From: a virus
Lineage: Duplodnaviria > Caudoviricetes
Length of the DNA: 64,000 nt
Virus record (IMG/VR): IMGVR_UViG_2912838376_000002
Coordinates: 96,001 to 160,000 of that record
Reading direction: 5' to 3' (one strand)
The notes under the pieces were generated by a model that saw only the letters and a program-made list of their open reading frames with translations, searched no databases and was not told the DNA's origin. Below are positions 1-10,073 of the stretch, in pieces. A program made the position numbers and the translations under genes. Each line of letters opens with the position of its first letter. Within the stretch, counting starts at the first letter, position 1.

Positions 1-327
1 AATTTGAATGATCAGCGGAATAATCACACCTCCTGCAACTGTCACTACAAGTGACCAAATTACAGGAACCTTCTCTACAGCTGCTAAATAAAGAAAAGAT
101 ATAACCATCCCTATAATCGGTACTAAATAACCAAGTCCATCATGCTGCTTATTAAAGTAGATTGAGTAATTGATTATACTAGTTAAAAATGAAATTACCG
201 AAATTATAGTAATGTTTCGATGGAATCTTAAACGGAATATGGCACACATAATTGCATAGTTACCAATCCCTAAAATAGTCTGAGATAAAACAAACCATCC
301 TAAGTTTGCAGAATTCAAGTACTTCAC
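1..327 (-). CDS. Membrane protein, runs off window edge
   Basis: Open frame from GTG at 327 (MKYLNSANLGWFVLSQTILGIG...) with several hydrophobic segments and no stop before base 1. Confidence 0.6.
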   Translation of the reverse strand, partial: MKYLNSANLGWFVLSQTILGIGNYAIMCAIFRLRFHRNITIISVISFLTSIINYSIYFNKQHDGLGYLVPIIGMVISFLYLAAVEKVPVIWSLVVTVAGGVIIPLIIQI

Positions 328-440
328 CCCTAAACCCTTTGAATAAGTATAAGTTCTATTACTTTATTTATTCTGCCATACTCCGCATTAATATACCAAT
401 TAACTTTACATAAACGTTCTATGACATCTTTGTCATTTTT

Positions 441-1193
441 CTAAGTATTCTTTTCAATCTGCCTTTTAAGTTTTTCATTTTCTTCTCTTAGGCTTCTCAT
501 TTGTTGGTACATCTCGATCTCTTGATCAAATGACTTTACTAAATAAATAGAGTCATCATTCTTGTATCGAAATGGAATCACCCAGTAAGGGCGATTCTCT
601 TGAAAAGCTTCGAGCTCTTGCTTTAAAAGCCAGTCTTTTGGAATACTTATCGTTTTTTCTCCTCGTGCGTTGATAGTACCTCGTTCTTTGCATTCCATTA
701 AGTAGTCTTGGGTTTTAATGTCTCCTTTTGCATACCACAAAGCTCCGCTGTTCGCTTGACGTCTTGCGTCTACGATTGGTTTGTTCTTCATTGTTGGTGT
801 GGCACCCATTGACGATAATATAATAGAAGGAACTGGTTTTTCTATCGGCTTAGGAGGTTCTTCCTTTACCGGTTCATCAACTTGTATACGAGGCTTTTGA
901 ATCTTTGTTTTTTTAGTACCCTGCTTAAACAAATCAGTTTGTTTATTTGTTTTATTAAAAGCAGCGTTCCACTTCTTCGTTACATCTTTTTCAAAAGCCA
1001 TGCCCTCTTTCTTCTCACTCTTATAAGTTCGGAAAGCAGCATTACGCTCAGCTTGTTTATTCGCTTCTCTCGCTTCTAGTTTTCGTGCTCTCTCCTCTTT
1101 ACTATTCTTGTAAAGACGTACTCCATCACATAAATGACAGAGAGCTGAGTTTTCACACTTGTTATGCGTTTCTTCATTGCACTTATGCAACAA
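441..1193 (-). CDS. PD-(D/E)XK nuclease, phage Holliday-junction-resolvase-like, with N-terminal Cys cluster
   Basis: AFEKDV...RRQANSGA...KGDIKTQDYLMECK motif; N-terminal C/CHLC cluster. Confidence 0.6.
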   Translation of the reverse strand: MLHKCNEETHNKCENSALCHLCDGVRLYKNSKEERARKLEAREANKQAERNAAFRTYKSEKKEGMAFEKDVTKKWNAAFNKTNKQTDLFKQGTKKTKIQKPRIQVDEPVKEEPPKPIEKPVPSIILSSMGATPTMKNKPIVDARRQANSGALWYAKGDIKTQDYLMECKERGTINARGEKTISIPKDWLLKQELEAFQENRPYWVIPFRYKNDDSIYLVKSFDQEIEMYQQMRSLREENEKLKRQIEKNT

Positions 1194-1461
1194 GACTCAA
1201 CTCCTCATCGCAACTAGATGTTTGCTTGAAATTAGAAGCATCTTCATTTAAGCCTGTGATAGTAACTACTCTGTGTTTATAACAAACAGCTTGATATCTA
1301 GATGTGACTAGAATGTAATGATCTTTAACTTTAGATTTCTTTTTGTATTTCACATCACGAGTAAGATCTCGATTAATTTGCATCACAACACGTTTTTTAG
1401 AAGCTGTTCTTTTCCCTACACGTTGCTTATACCTCCTGACAGCGTGTTCCGTAATCGTCAT
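1183..1461 (-). CDS. Small basic hypothetical protein (TEHAxxR motif)
   Basis: ORF with RBS; overlaps next gene. Confidence 0.6.
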   Translation of the reverse strand: MTITEHAVRRYKQRVGKRTASKKRVVMQINRDLTRDVKYKKKSKVKDHYILVTSRYQAVCYKHRVVTITGLNEDASNFKQTSSCDEELSLVA

Positions 1462-1485
1462 CGTAAGTTTCTCCTTTCCTTAGTT

Positions 1486-1965
1486 TTATGACGCTCTACC
1501 TAAAGAAGAGAAAGATTCTTGTGAAACCACTAAATCCTTATCTAATTTAAGTAAGCCATTAATTGTTATTAGACGATTTTGCTTGTTAATAAGAACATCT
1601 AAAATTCCTTTAATAAACATGTATCGTTCTGTTGATTCTCGCTGCATATCATACAAAGTTAATCCTTCTTGCGTGGTAACTTTTCTTACTTCCATAACAG
1701 CGTTACGCTTTCTTTCATCTTCATTTTTCCCAGTCAAACCTACACGTTCAATTTCTTTTACCATTAAGTCGATTCTCTCTTTAGATGATTCTAAATCCGA
1801 GAATTGAATGCGAAGGGTTGAGTAGATATTGTCTATTCTTGAAAGGATGCTAATAGCCATCGCTGGGTTTACATCCGTCGGGATATGAATAGACTGTGTA
1901 TTTTGATTTAACTCTCTACGATAAGCTGCCCATTGCTCTGCGGTCATGTCTACGATTGGGTTCAT
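1486..1965 (-). CDS. Hypothetical helical protein
   Basis: 159-aa ORF, GGAGGAG RBS, tight operon spacing. Confidence 0.7.
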   Translation of the reverse strand: MNPIVDMTAEQWAAYRRELNQNTQSIHIPTDVNPAMAISILSRIDNIYSTLRIQFSDLESSKERIDLMVKEIERVGLTGKNEDERKRNAVMEVRKVTTQEGLTLYDMQRESTERYMFIKGILDVLINKQNRLITINGLLKLDKDLVVSQESFSSLGRAS

Positions 1966-1968
1966 ACA

Positions 1969-2583
1969 TTACTCCTCCTTACTTTCTTCTAATAGAGATA
2001 ATGTACGCTCTAAGATTTGCTTGTGTAGTTCTTCGACAGATAATGTACCGTCTAAAATGATCGCATTACCATCTTCCTCTTCTAACTTCATATAACGAAG
2101 ATAAAGATCACGAGCTCTTGTTAACAATTCCTTATCGCTTTCGTACTTATCGTTTTCGCCATGCTTTCCTTTTCTTTTCATTGATTCTTCTGGTTCAATA
2201 TCCAAAAAGATTTGGAAGTTAGGCTCCGGCATACGGTCCAATAAACTTGCTGTAAAATCAATATCGACACCATTCGCTGTACTGTAAACAAGTTGACTTA
2301 CTAAGTATCGATCTAAGATAAGAACATCTAACTTCTCAGCTAATTCTTCAAACCAGTTAAGCTGAGCATACTTATCCGCTGCCATAATACATTCGATTGC
2401 AAGTTGCCCTGGGTTATATTCTCCATCAAGAAACTGACGGATTAATCCACCCGTTGGTGTATCATAACGATGAAATTCAGATTGTTCTACATTGTAGCCA
2501 CGTTCATATAAGGCTTCGTGTAGTTTATCTGCTTGAGATTTCTTACCCGACTTATCTAAACCTTCTAGTGCTATAATAATCAT
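1969..2583 (-). CDS. tmk: Thymidylate kinase
   Basis: IALEGLDKSGK P-loop, LILDRY, FLDIEPE. Confidence 0.9.
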   Translation of the reverse strand: MIIIALEGLDKSGKKSQADKLHEALYERGYNVEQSEFHRYDTPTGGLIRQFLDGEYNPGQLAIECIMAADKYAQLNWFEELAEKLDVLILDRYLVSQLVYSTANGVDIDFTASLLDRMPEPNFQIFLDIEPEESMKRKGKHGENDKYESDKELLTRARDLYLRYMKLEEEDGNAIILDGTLSVEELHKQILERTLSLLEESKEE

Positions 2584-3062
2584 GCTGCTTTCACTCCTCC
2601 TGTGCTACCAAAACCGCCAGTACGAAGATCTGAAGCGTAATCATCATCAGCTGTAAGATAAGGAAGGAAAATGCCTTGAGCGATACGATCCCCATGATTC
2701 ACAACAAATGGTTCTGTTCCTTCATTACGAAGTAGGATGCGAATATGATTACCATAGAAATCAGAATCAATAACGCCAGTTGCATTTTGTAAGGTTAAGT
2801 CCTTCCCATATGCTAAGCCGCTTCTTACAAATAAAGCTAACCACTCATCTTCTTTCATATAAGCAGTTAAACCTGTATTAATAATCGCTTTTGAATTCGG
2901 TAGAATAACATAATCACCAATTGCAGCAATGTCATAACCTGCTGCGTTAAGTGTCTTACGAGTCGGTTTTAAAACCGAAAAGTTTTCGAAGTGCTCTTTA
3001 AAGTCCTCTAACACTTCAAAACCTCTAACCTTTTTGAATTTAAATAGATTTAAAATATTCAT
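2580..3062 (-). CDS. dut: Trimeric dUTPase
   Basis: AAGYD, RSG, GVIDSDF, DRIAQ, RTGGFGSTG motifs. Confidence 0.95.
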   Translation of the reverse strand: MNILNLFKFKKVRGFEVLEDFKEHFENFSVLKPTRKTLNAAGYDIAAIGDYVILPNSKAIINTGLTAYMKEDEWLALFVRSGLAYGKDLTLQNATGVIDSDFYGNHIRILLRNEGTEPFVVNHGDRIAQGIFLPYLTADDDYASDLRTGGFGSTGGVKAA

Positions 3063-3092
3063 GTTGGATGTTACCTCCTGGAGAATAACGAC

Positions 3093-5054
3093 TTAAGCCG
3101 TTTGTATCATGACCGTTTTATAATCGTCTGGAATCTCTCCCAAGAACGGACTAGGTTTTTGTCTAATCGGTTTCTGGGAACCATACTCATACTTAAAGGC
3201 AGAATGAGTTAGGTACAGTCGTTTTCCAGCTCTGGTCATAGCTACATACATTAAGCGTCGCTCTTCTTCCAAGTCTGAGAGTTTTTGCTTAGAACGATAA
3301 TGTGGGAACACATCATCTTCCGATCCAATCACGAATGTTTCAGGCCATTCTAAACCTTTAGCAGAGTGAACAGATGTTAAAGTTACAAAATCGTCCTCAT
3401 CTTCATCTGAATCCCCATCTAAAGTAATTTCGGAAACAAATTGAGCCAAGCTATTTATTTCTTTTTCTTGAGCATCCCAATGACGAGCATAATCACGTAA
3501 ATGAGTTACGTTTTCGATTCTAGCTTCATCTTCTTCTTTTTCCTTATCAAATTGACCCATAAAATCAGTCCTCTTAATAAGTGTTTGCATAAATTTAGTA
3601 GCAGAAAATTCACCGACTAATGCTAATTGACTAAGCTCTTGCATTAACGTCGCAAAGTCTTTAATCTTTGCAACTGTCGATTTATTAATCTTTGATTGTG
3701 CTGCTACTTCATCAATGTTTTGTAAAGCAACAAAGAACGGGATTCTTCTTTCATGAGCAAACGCATAGATTTTCTCAATTGTTGTTTTACCAATCTTACG
3801 ACTAGGTACATTGATAACTCTTTCAAGTGCATAATCATCTGTTAAGTTATGACTTGCACGAATATACGAAACAAGATCTTTGATTTCTTTTCTATCATAG
3901 AAAGAAGTCGTTCCTACAATCTTGTATGGAATATTCTCATCACGTAAAGCGAGTTCTAAATGCTTAGATTGGAAGTTCATTCGATAAAGAACAGCAAAGT
4001 CTTTCCAATCACATTGAGTCGCTTTTCTCATATTCACAATCATCCGAGCAACAAAATCTGCTTCCCTCGATGCATCATTGAATCGGAACACATGAATGTC
4101 ATCCCCTACTCCACTTACAGAGAATGCTTCTCTTTCTAATCTCATCTTGTTGTTACCAACTAATGAGTTGGAAGCATTAACGATTTTTTGAGTAGAACGA
4201 TAATTTTCTTGTAACAATATCAGCTGAGTCTCCGGATGGATCTTCTGATAGTTTAAGATGTTTTCAATTTTCGCTGCACGGAATGAATAAATAGATTGAT
4301 CCGCATCACCAACTAAGAAAATGTTTCCGTGTTTTTGAGATAACATTTCAATCAAATCAAATTGAATTTTGTTGGTGTCCTGAAATTCATCTATAAGTAT
4401 GTAGCGAAATGTGTTTTGATATCTTCCTAATAACTCTGGATTATTTTGAAATAAATGAACCGTTTTAAGAAGTAAGTCATCAAAATCAAAATAATTATGA
4501 ATCGCTTTTAAGTCTTCATATCGTTGATAAATATGAGAAACAGCAAGCTTCTCTTTATCTCCAGTATTTTCGGTTTGTGCTTGGCCAGGACTTATTCCGG
4601 CATTTTTCCATGTGGAAACTTGAGACATCAGATTGTAAACAATTGTCTTGTCCGCTTCTAGTCCTAATTGAACAGCTGCAGTCTTCATAATTGCCTTTTG
4701 GTCTGTATCATCCATTAGTGTAAACATATCTATTCCTAGATGATGAATGTTAGTAGATAGGATACGGTTACAGATACTATGGAATGTACCAATCCAGCTT
4801 TTAGAAGCCCGACTATCCATACCAGCTACTCGTTCCTTCATTTCTTTAGCAGATTTATTTGTAAATGTAATGGCAAGAATACGCCAAGGATCTACACCCT
4901 GCTCCAGTAAATAAGCAATACGAGTAGTTAAAACTTTTGTTTTTCCAGAACCAGCTCCAGCCAACACAAGGACTCGTCCTTCTGTTGTTAAAACTGCTCT
5001 TTGTTGGCTACTATTTAATGTACCCATCAAAGGATTCTCTACTGTAGCTAACAC
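3093..5054 (-). CDS. pcrA: UvrD/PcrA SF1 DNA helicase
   Basis: AGAGSGKT, TFTNK, DEFQD, GDADQSIY, NYRST, HSAKGLE, EERRLMYVAMTRA. Confidence 0.95.
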   Translation of the reverse strand: MLATVENPLMGTLNSSQQRAVLTTEGRVLVLAGAGSGKTKVLTTRIAYLLEQGVDPWRILAITFTNKSAKEMKERVAGMDSRASKSWIGTFHSICNRILSTNIHHLGIDMFTLMDDTDQKAIMKTAAVQLGLEADKTIVYNLMSQVSTWKNAGISPGQAQTENTGDKEKLAVSHIYQRYEDLKAIHNYFDFDDLLLKTVHLFQNNPELLGRYQNTFRYILIDEFQDTNKIQFDLIEMLSQKHGNIFLVGDADQSIYSFRAAKIENILNYQKIHPETQLILLQENYRSTQKIVNASNSLVGNNKMRLEREAFSVSGVGDDIHVFRFNDASREADFVARMIVNMRKATQCDWKDFAVLYRMNFQSKHLELALRDENIPYKIVGTTSFYDRKEIKDLVSYIRASHNLTDDYALERVINVPSRKIGKTTIEKIYAFAHERRIPFFVALQNIDEVAAQSKINKSTVAKIKDFATLMQELSQLALVGEFSATKFMQTLIKRTDFMGQFDKEKEEDEARIENVTHLRDYARHWDAQEKEINSLAQFVSEITLDGDSDEDEDDFVTLTSVHSAKGLEWPETFVIGSEDDVFPHYRSKQKLSDLEEERRLMYVAMTRAGKRLYLTHSAFKYEYGSQKPIRQKPSPFLGEIPDDYKTVMIQTA

Positions 5055-5069
5055 GCTATCTCCCCCTAT

Positions 5070-5299
5070 CTACAGTTTTGCTAATTGATAAGCAGCAAGA
5101 ACTTCTGTTGATAGTTCCCATTCGATACTGGCAGCTTCAATCGCTTCGTGATCTTCTTCGGCATAATAAAGGCCAATAACAACTTCTTTTGAACTTTTAA
5201 ACTCTATCCAGTCTTTTCCCCTGGCTCTCCATTTGGATGAGTTAATACACCTGTTGGATCAGTGTAACTTGCTATTGTAACAACTAAAAATGGAATCAT
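5070..5299 (-). pseudogene. Small ORF split by a -1 frameshift (or sequence error)
   Basis: MIPFLVVT...NGEPG stops early; -1 frame KDWIEFKSSK...LAKL runs to TAG at 5070; shift falls in GGGGAAAAG. Confidence 0.4.
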
Positions 5300-5398
5300 A
5301 TAAAGTCTCCTTTCAGTTCTGCATAGATATTAAAATGTCTATGTAATTAACTACCTATCAAACTTCCATCACAACTATCCACTTCAACTTCTTATGGA

Positions 5399-5427
5399 AA
5401 CGTAAGCAGTTAAATCGGATTCGTCAA
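5399..5427 (-). promoter_or_regulatory. Promoter TTGACG-N17-TACGTT
   Basis: Same TGCTTAYGTT -10 element as at 17189, 20647 and 25566. Confidence 0.6.
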
Positions 5428-5444
5428 TAAGTCAGCAAAAAAAA

Positions 5445-5470
5445 TAAGACGAGTATTTAAACTCGTCTTA
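5445..5470 (-). terminator. Intrinsic terminator after holin
   Basis: TAAGACGAGT/ACTCGTCTTA stem followed by U-tract on minus strand. Confidence 0.7.
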
Positions 5471-5480
5471 CAAGGTGGCA

Positions 5481-5699
5481 CTATTGCTTGGAATCTTTCG
5501 TCTTAGGCGCTACTTTATTATCTTTTACCAGTGTCATTACTGACGCTACAAAAGTAAGAACAGCCGCAATCTCCGTTTCACCTACAACAGGTAACGGTTG
5601 TTGACCTTTGGCAACCAAGTACTGGTTCAGCCAAGCTAACGCAAAGACAATAATACGAATTAATGCCCCTTTGTTATCCATAATAAATTCTTTGGACAT
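5481..5699 (-). CDS. SPP1-family phage holin
   Basis: DNKGALIRIIVFALAWLNQYL...PLPV...KDN; two TM segments; start moved to ATG 5699 behind GAGGTG. Confidence 0.8.
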   Translation of the reverse strand: MSKEFIMDNKGALIRIIVFALAWLNQYLVAKGQQPLPVVGETEIAAVLTFVASVMTLVKDNKVAPKTKDSKQ

Positions 5700-5810
5700 A
5701 TGCAACACCTCGAAAAAGAAAATATGGTACTTAGCTACCATAACGATTTACGGAAGCAAGAACCATATCATACTTTTTCTATTCCTAACTTAAACCACAT
5801 GAAACAAGTC

Positions 5811-6662
5811 TTATTGAGCCTGTGGCATGTTGAATAAGTTACCTGATTGTGGTTGCTGTGCTACTTGAGCTTGTTGCATCATACGATTATCGTGAATCGC
5901 TTTAACAGCCGCTCCAATTTCGTTAATTTTTACATTTGCAATTTCTTGTGTAAGATTAGCAGTAATCTTGAATTGCTCATAAATCTCTTTCATTTTAGCT
6001 ACTACAGCATCTTGTGAAGCCCCTGCACCTAATGATAATGTTGCCATTTGTGTTGCTAAATCACGTATTACAATCTTCTGTTGATCTGTAGCTGCATAAG
6101 GGTTCTGTTGCTGTGGTGGATTCTGATACTGCTGTTGTTGCTGATAATTCTGGTGTTGATAGTTTTGAGGAGCCTGATTAGGCCCCTTATCATCAGAATC
6201 AACTGGTAAATCTTCACCAGCGTATACATATAGTCCAAGTCCATGACCTGCAATAGCTTTCACCTTTGCACGTTGGATACTGTTATTGATGTCAAATGTT
6301 GTAGGTTTAGCGATTGGTTTATTACGGAAGTCTAATACTGGGAAAGGTTCAGAGACAGAAACACCATTTACGATAACTTCTACTTCTACAAAGTAGCCAA
6401 GAGCGGTTCTTATATATGGTACTAAAAGACCACCTGTTTCAGGCTCAGGGAAACGTTTTACATTAATCTTTGCATCAGGATGTTTTCGTTTAAGTTGTTC
6501 AACTGCATGAGCCCAACTCATATAAGAGAATCCATTTTTCTTTTCTAGGTATTTCGTTACATCCATACCTGCCATTTCCGCAAAATAGTTCTTTTCTAAT
6601 TTAACGGGTTCTTCTACAACGTCTTGCTCTACTGGTGGAGCTTCTGTAGTTACTGCTGTCAT
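5811..6662 (-). CDS. Sak/DUF1071-type single-strand annealing protein with Q-rich linker
   Basis: EKKNGFSYMSWAHA, DINNSIQRAKVKAIAGHGLGLYVYAGED; start at 6662 behind GGAGG. Confidence 0.85.
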   Translation of the reverse strand: MTAVTTEAPPVEQDVVEEPVKLEKNYFAEMAGMDVTKYLEKKNGFSYMSWAHAVEQLKRKHPDAKINVKRFPEPETGGLLVPYIRTALGYFVEVEVIVNGVSVSEPFPVLDFRNKPIAKPTTFDINNSIQRAKVKAIAGHGLGLYVYAGEDLPVDSDDKGPNQAPQNYQHQNYQQQQQYQNPPQQQNPYAATDQQKIVIRDLATQMATLSLGAGASQDAVVAKMKEIYEQFKITANLTQEIANVKINEIGAAVKAIHDNRMMQQAQVAQQPQSGNLFNMPQAQ

Positions 6663-6785
6663 TTGTTTTCCTCCTTGATTACTCTGGAACATATAAGTCC
6701 CTCCCCACATTAATTGTTGAGGGTATTCACTTTTTAAGAAAGGAAGCCCCTTTTTCAAGGAGCCTTTGCTCTAGTTGGGTAAGTC

Positions 6786-6995
6786 TTAACAATCATTCAT
6801 GATGTTCGAAAACTGCTCCGGAGTTGTATGTTTAGAAATAGAACGAATAAGACAAGCTACATTAGGTTGCTTTTTTGAAGAAGTTTCTACTTGTTTAAGT
6901 ACTTCCACATGTCCTTTTCCTTTGCACATACTACAAAAGCCACTCTTCACAATACCGGTGCCATCACACCATGAACATGAACGATCTATTAACAT
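6786..6995 (-). CDS. Small DnaJ-type zinc-finger protein
   Basis: CSWCDGTG and CSMCKGKG motifs. Confidence 0.6.
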   Translation of the reverse strand: MLIDRSCSWCDGTGIVKSGFCSMCKGKGHVEVLKQVETSSKKQPNVACLIRSISKHTTPEQFSNIMNDC

Positions 6996-6997
6996 AT

Positions 6998-7516
6998 TTA
7001 ACCCTTCCTTTCAAAAGTATATATACTGAACGGATGATCATTGTCCTCACTTTCTGCATGTCTTGCGTCTAGTTTAGCCGACCATTCCGAACTGTCTAAC
7101 ATAGGAAAGTATGAATCTGCTTCAGGGAACGAATGATGAATACGAGTAAAATAAACACGAGAAGCCATCGGTAGGAACAATTCATAAGTTTGTTGACCAC
7201 CAATAACAACGACCTCTTTATCTTTCGATTGTTCAATCATGAATTGAATGTACTCTAGGCTTTCAAAAACAAGATTCTCATCTACTAAATGAAGATGGTC
7301 CATTGTTAAGGCCATTGGGCTTCTAGTAAGTACAATATTGAATCGATCCTTTAATGGTTTATGACCAAGTGAAGCAAAGGTTTTATAACCCATAATGATG
7401 GGTTTGCCTTTTGTCTTTTTTATGAAATGCTTCATATCGTCCTTCAATCGGCAAAGTAGTTTATTTTCAAATCCAATTGCATTGTTTTCATCTGCAGCTA
7501 CAATAAGGCTAATCAT
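6998..7516 (-). CDS. folA: Dihydrofolate reductase
   Basis: ISLIVAADENNAIG, IIMGYKTF, IGG, ADSYFP. Confidence 0.95.
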   Translation of the reverse strand: MISLIVAADENNAIGFENKLLCRLKDDMKHFIKKTKGKPIIMGYKTFASLGHKPLKDRFNIVLTRSPMALTMDHLHLVDENLVFESLEYIQFMIEQSKDKEVVVIGGQQTYELFLPMASRVYFTRIHHSFPEADSYFPMLDSSEWSAKLDARHAESEDNDHPFSIYTFERKG

Positions 7517-8373
7517 ACTGCAACCTCAATTTTCATTTGTGGGTGTTTCTCATAGTTTTCTAAGCGGAAATCATCTGCTGTAAAACTATAAAAATCTGTT
7601 TTTTCGGGATTAATCCATAAAGTAGGAGCGGCATAAGGCTCTCTTTTAACAAGCTCTTCTGCCAATTCAAGGTGTTTGTTGTAGATATGGCAATCTCCGA
7701 TAACATGTAACAATTCTCCTGCTTCTTGCCCAATATGACGAGCAACCATATGCAGAAGTATTGCGTATTCACATACATTAAAAGCATTTGCTGTAATAAA
7801 GTCCTGAGATCTTTGTTTTAAAATCAGATTCGTTTTCTTTCCATCTGACCAAAATTGCAAGTGATGAGCACATGGAGGTAAATTCATTCTTCCTGTATCA
7901 TCTACGTTCCACATTTCAATTATTGCTCTACGAGTAAATGGGTCTCGTTTCAATTCTCCCAAGACATAATCCATTTGGTTGTCGTAACCGAATATAGGTT
8001 TAGATACCTGATATCCGTATGCCTCACCAATTGACCCCTTTTTCTCTAATCGAACAAAAGGAAATGTTTTTAAGAATCTAAGTCTTGTTTTTTTGAATGC
8101 CCATTGGTTCCAAATCTTTGCTCTCATATCATTTACGTTGTTAGAACGTTTGCGATAAATCCAATCTACTTCATCAAAGATAGTTTTTAATGGTAGTGGA
8201 CGAGTTGTTGGTGCTGGGAATTCTTTTGATAAATCATAACGATTAACAACACCGAAAATTCGTTTTGTTGCAATTGGTGATCCATCTTCCCATACCGCAC
8301 GATTATCTGGAGTCCATTCTTGAGCCAATATACGTTTTAAAGTATCCTTCTGATAATCATCTATTAAAGCCAA
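7513..8373 (-). CDS. thyA: Thymidylate synthase
   Basis: YGYQ, LPPCAH, QRSQD, GDCHIYNKH; TTG start at 8373 behind GGAGG. Confidence 0.95.
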   Translation of the reverse strand: MALIDDYQKDTLKRILAQEWTPDNRAVWEDGSPIATKRIFGVVNRYDLSKEFPAPTTRPLPLKTIFDEVDWIYRKRSNNVNDMRAKIWNQWAFKKTRLRFLKTFPFVRLEKKGSIGEAYGYQVSKPIFGYDNQMDYVLGELKRDPFTRRAIIEMWNVDDTGRMNLPPCAHHLQFWSDGKKTNLILKQRSQDFITANAFNVCEYAILLHMVARHIGQEAGELLHVIGDCHIYNKHLELAEELVKREPYAAPTLWINPEKTDFYSFTADDFRLENYEKHPQMKIEVAV

Positions 8374-8403
8374 TTTCCATCCTCCCTTTTCTTTTCTTGC
8401 TAT

Positions 8404-8433
8404 AACGTAAGGATTTAGAAATAGGAAAGTCAA
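8404..8433 (-). promoter_or_regulatory. Promoter TTGACT-N18-TACGTT upstream of thyA
   Basis: Same TACGTT -10 hexamer. Confidence 0.45.
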
Positions 8434-8441
8434 CCCGCGAA

Positions 8442-8861
8442 TTAGAGTAATTTCACTCGCTGAACATTCTCTTTTTCTACGTAGGAATCCAATAGAGAAA
8501 GTAAATAATCTTGAGAAGCTTTATTGATTTTTACTTCGTCATAGAATTTAACTTCTCCACCAACAAAGCTTTTTGATTGAGGAGCACGTAGGAAAAGTTC
8601 GCCTGAATTTTCTTTAGAGTTAAACACCACAATACGTGTTTCTCCAATCCCTGCATCAACTAACATCGTTGTGACAATACCAATCCCTTGTTGTTTGGTT
8701 GTAGGTTTAAATAGCTTCACCTTACGAATACCTAGTTCTGCATTTAAATAACCCGACTTGTTTTCTATGGTGAAACGTACTTCTGAATCTTTTGTGATAG
8801 TAGCAGTTGTTGACAATGTAATTCCCTCCAAATAAAAAGGCCCTCCACTAGGGAGAGCCAT
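8442..8861 (-). CDS. Hypothetical protein
   Basis: 139-aa ORF in operon orientation. Confidence 0.6.
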   Translation of the reverse strand: MALPSGGPFYLEGITLSTTATITKDSEVRFTIENKSGYLNAELGIRKVKLFKPTTKQQGIGIVTTMLVDAGIGETRIVVFNSKENSGELFLRAPQSKSFVGGEVKFYDEVKINKASQDYLLSLLDSYVEKENVQRVKLL

Positions 8862-8879
8862 GTTTGTTTTATTTATAAA

Positions 8880-9959
8880 TTAGCTAGCAAATTTGTAGTT
8901 AACACCAGCTTCAGCTGTATGTGTAATGATGACAGACTCCACTTTGATTCCTTTTAATGGCTCATCGTCTTCATCTTGGAATTTCGCTTTTACAAATTCT
9001 CCATCAACAAGCATTTTATGTGCTTCTTCAACGATATTTGCTGGGTTGAAACTCATAGAGAAGTAATCTCCGCCTTGCATATAACCACTAAGTTGAATCG
9101 TTTCACTGAACAGATTGATGCTCTTACTTCTTAATTCGATAGTCTTACCGTTATCAAGAATCACTTTAACGTCATAACGTTGTGAATCTGTTGTTAAGAT
9201 ATTTAAATCACCAATAGCAGAACGGAACGTATAACCCTCATTTAATTCAAATGCAATCGCGCGCAAGCTGTCGTAATTTAACTTTACGCGATTAGCAAAT
9301 GCTACAACATGTTTGATTTCACCGTGATACTGTTCATCAATTTTGTCTTGTAGGTAGATTTCAATTTCAGAAGCAGTTGGGTAATCAAATCGAATATGGT
9401 AATGGAATCGACCAGGACGGCTTAACATAAACTCATTTACCTTATTAAGGTCGTTTACCGTAATCGCATAGATACGTTTCTTCTGAGAAGTACCATCGAA
9501 TAATCCTAGTAAGTTTTCCTGTTTTTCTGCTTCTTCATTGCGAGGATTGAACATCTTTTCAAACTCATCCAAGATAATTAATGCTTCTTGTTCAATTTGT
9601 TCAATGAAGTCAGCAATCCCTGGGAATGCCTTTGTAACCATAATAACTGGGATGCCCTTTTTAACAACTGCTTCTGCAATAAGTTGAACAAACATGGATT
9701 TACCCATCCCTTTGTTACCACTTAAGATAATACCTAAGCTGCGTTCAAACTTATCATATGATTTTAATACTTTACTAATCTTTTCTGGATGACTTCCATA
9801 AATCTTTGATTCTGTTGATTCAAAGTTATCAATCTTCTCTAAAGAGAAACCTGCTCTTGGATTGAATTCTACTTTGTATGTAGCAGCTGGTAGTTTGTCA
9901 TAAATTTTTAAGTCATCACCGTAGATTTTATATGTACTTCCAAAGTTAATAATTTTCAT
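8880..9959 (-). CDS. AAA+ ATPase
   Basis: GNKGMGKS Walker A, IILDEFEK Walker B, SRPGRFHY; start MKIIN behind AGGAG. Confidence 0.9.
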   Translation of the reverse strand: MKIINFGSTYKIYGDDLKIYDKLPAATYKVEFNPRAGFSLEKIDNFESTESKIYGSHPEKISKVLKSYDKFERSLGIILSGNKGMGKSMFVQLIAEAVVKKGIPVIMVTKAFPGIADFIEQIEQEALIILDEFEKMFNPRNEEAEKQENLLGLFDGTSQKKRIYAITVNDLNKVNEFMLSRPGRFHYHIRFDYPTASEIEIYLQDKIDEQYHGEIKHVVAFANRVKLNYDSLRAIAFELNEGYTFRSAIGDLNILTTDSQRYDVKVILDNGKTIELRSKSINLFSETIQLSGYMQGGDYFSMSFNPANIVEEAHKMLVDGEFVKAKFQDEDDEPLKGIKVESVIITHTAEAGVNYKFAS

Positions 9960-10073
9960 TGTATATTGCTCCTTTTTCTCTCGTTGTTTTTTGTTTTTTA
10001 TTTTTGTCGTTGTTGAAAAAAGAGTCTCAAGCAACCGAAATTACCCGAGACATATTTGAAGATGTTGAGATTA

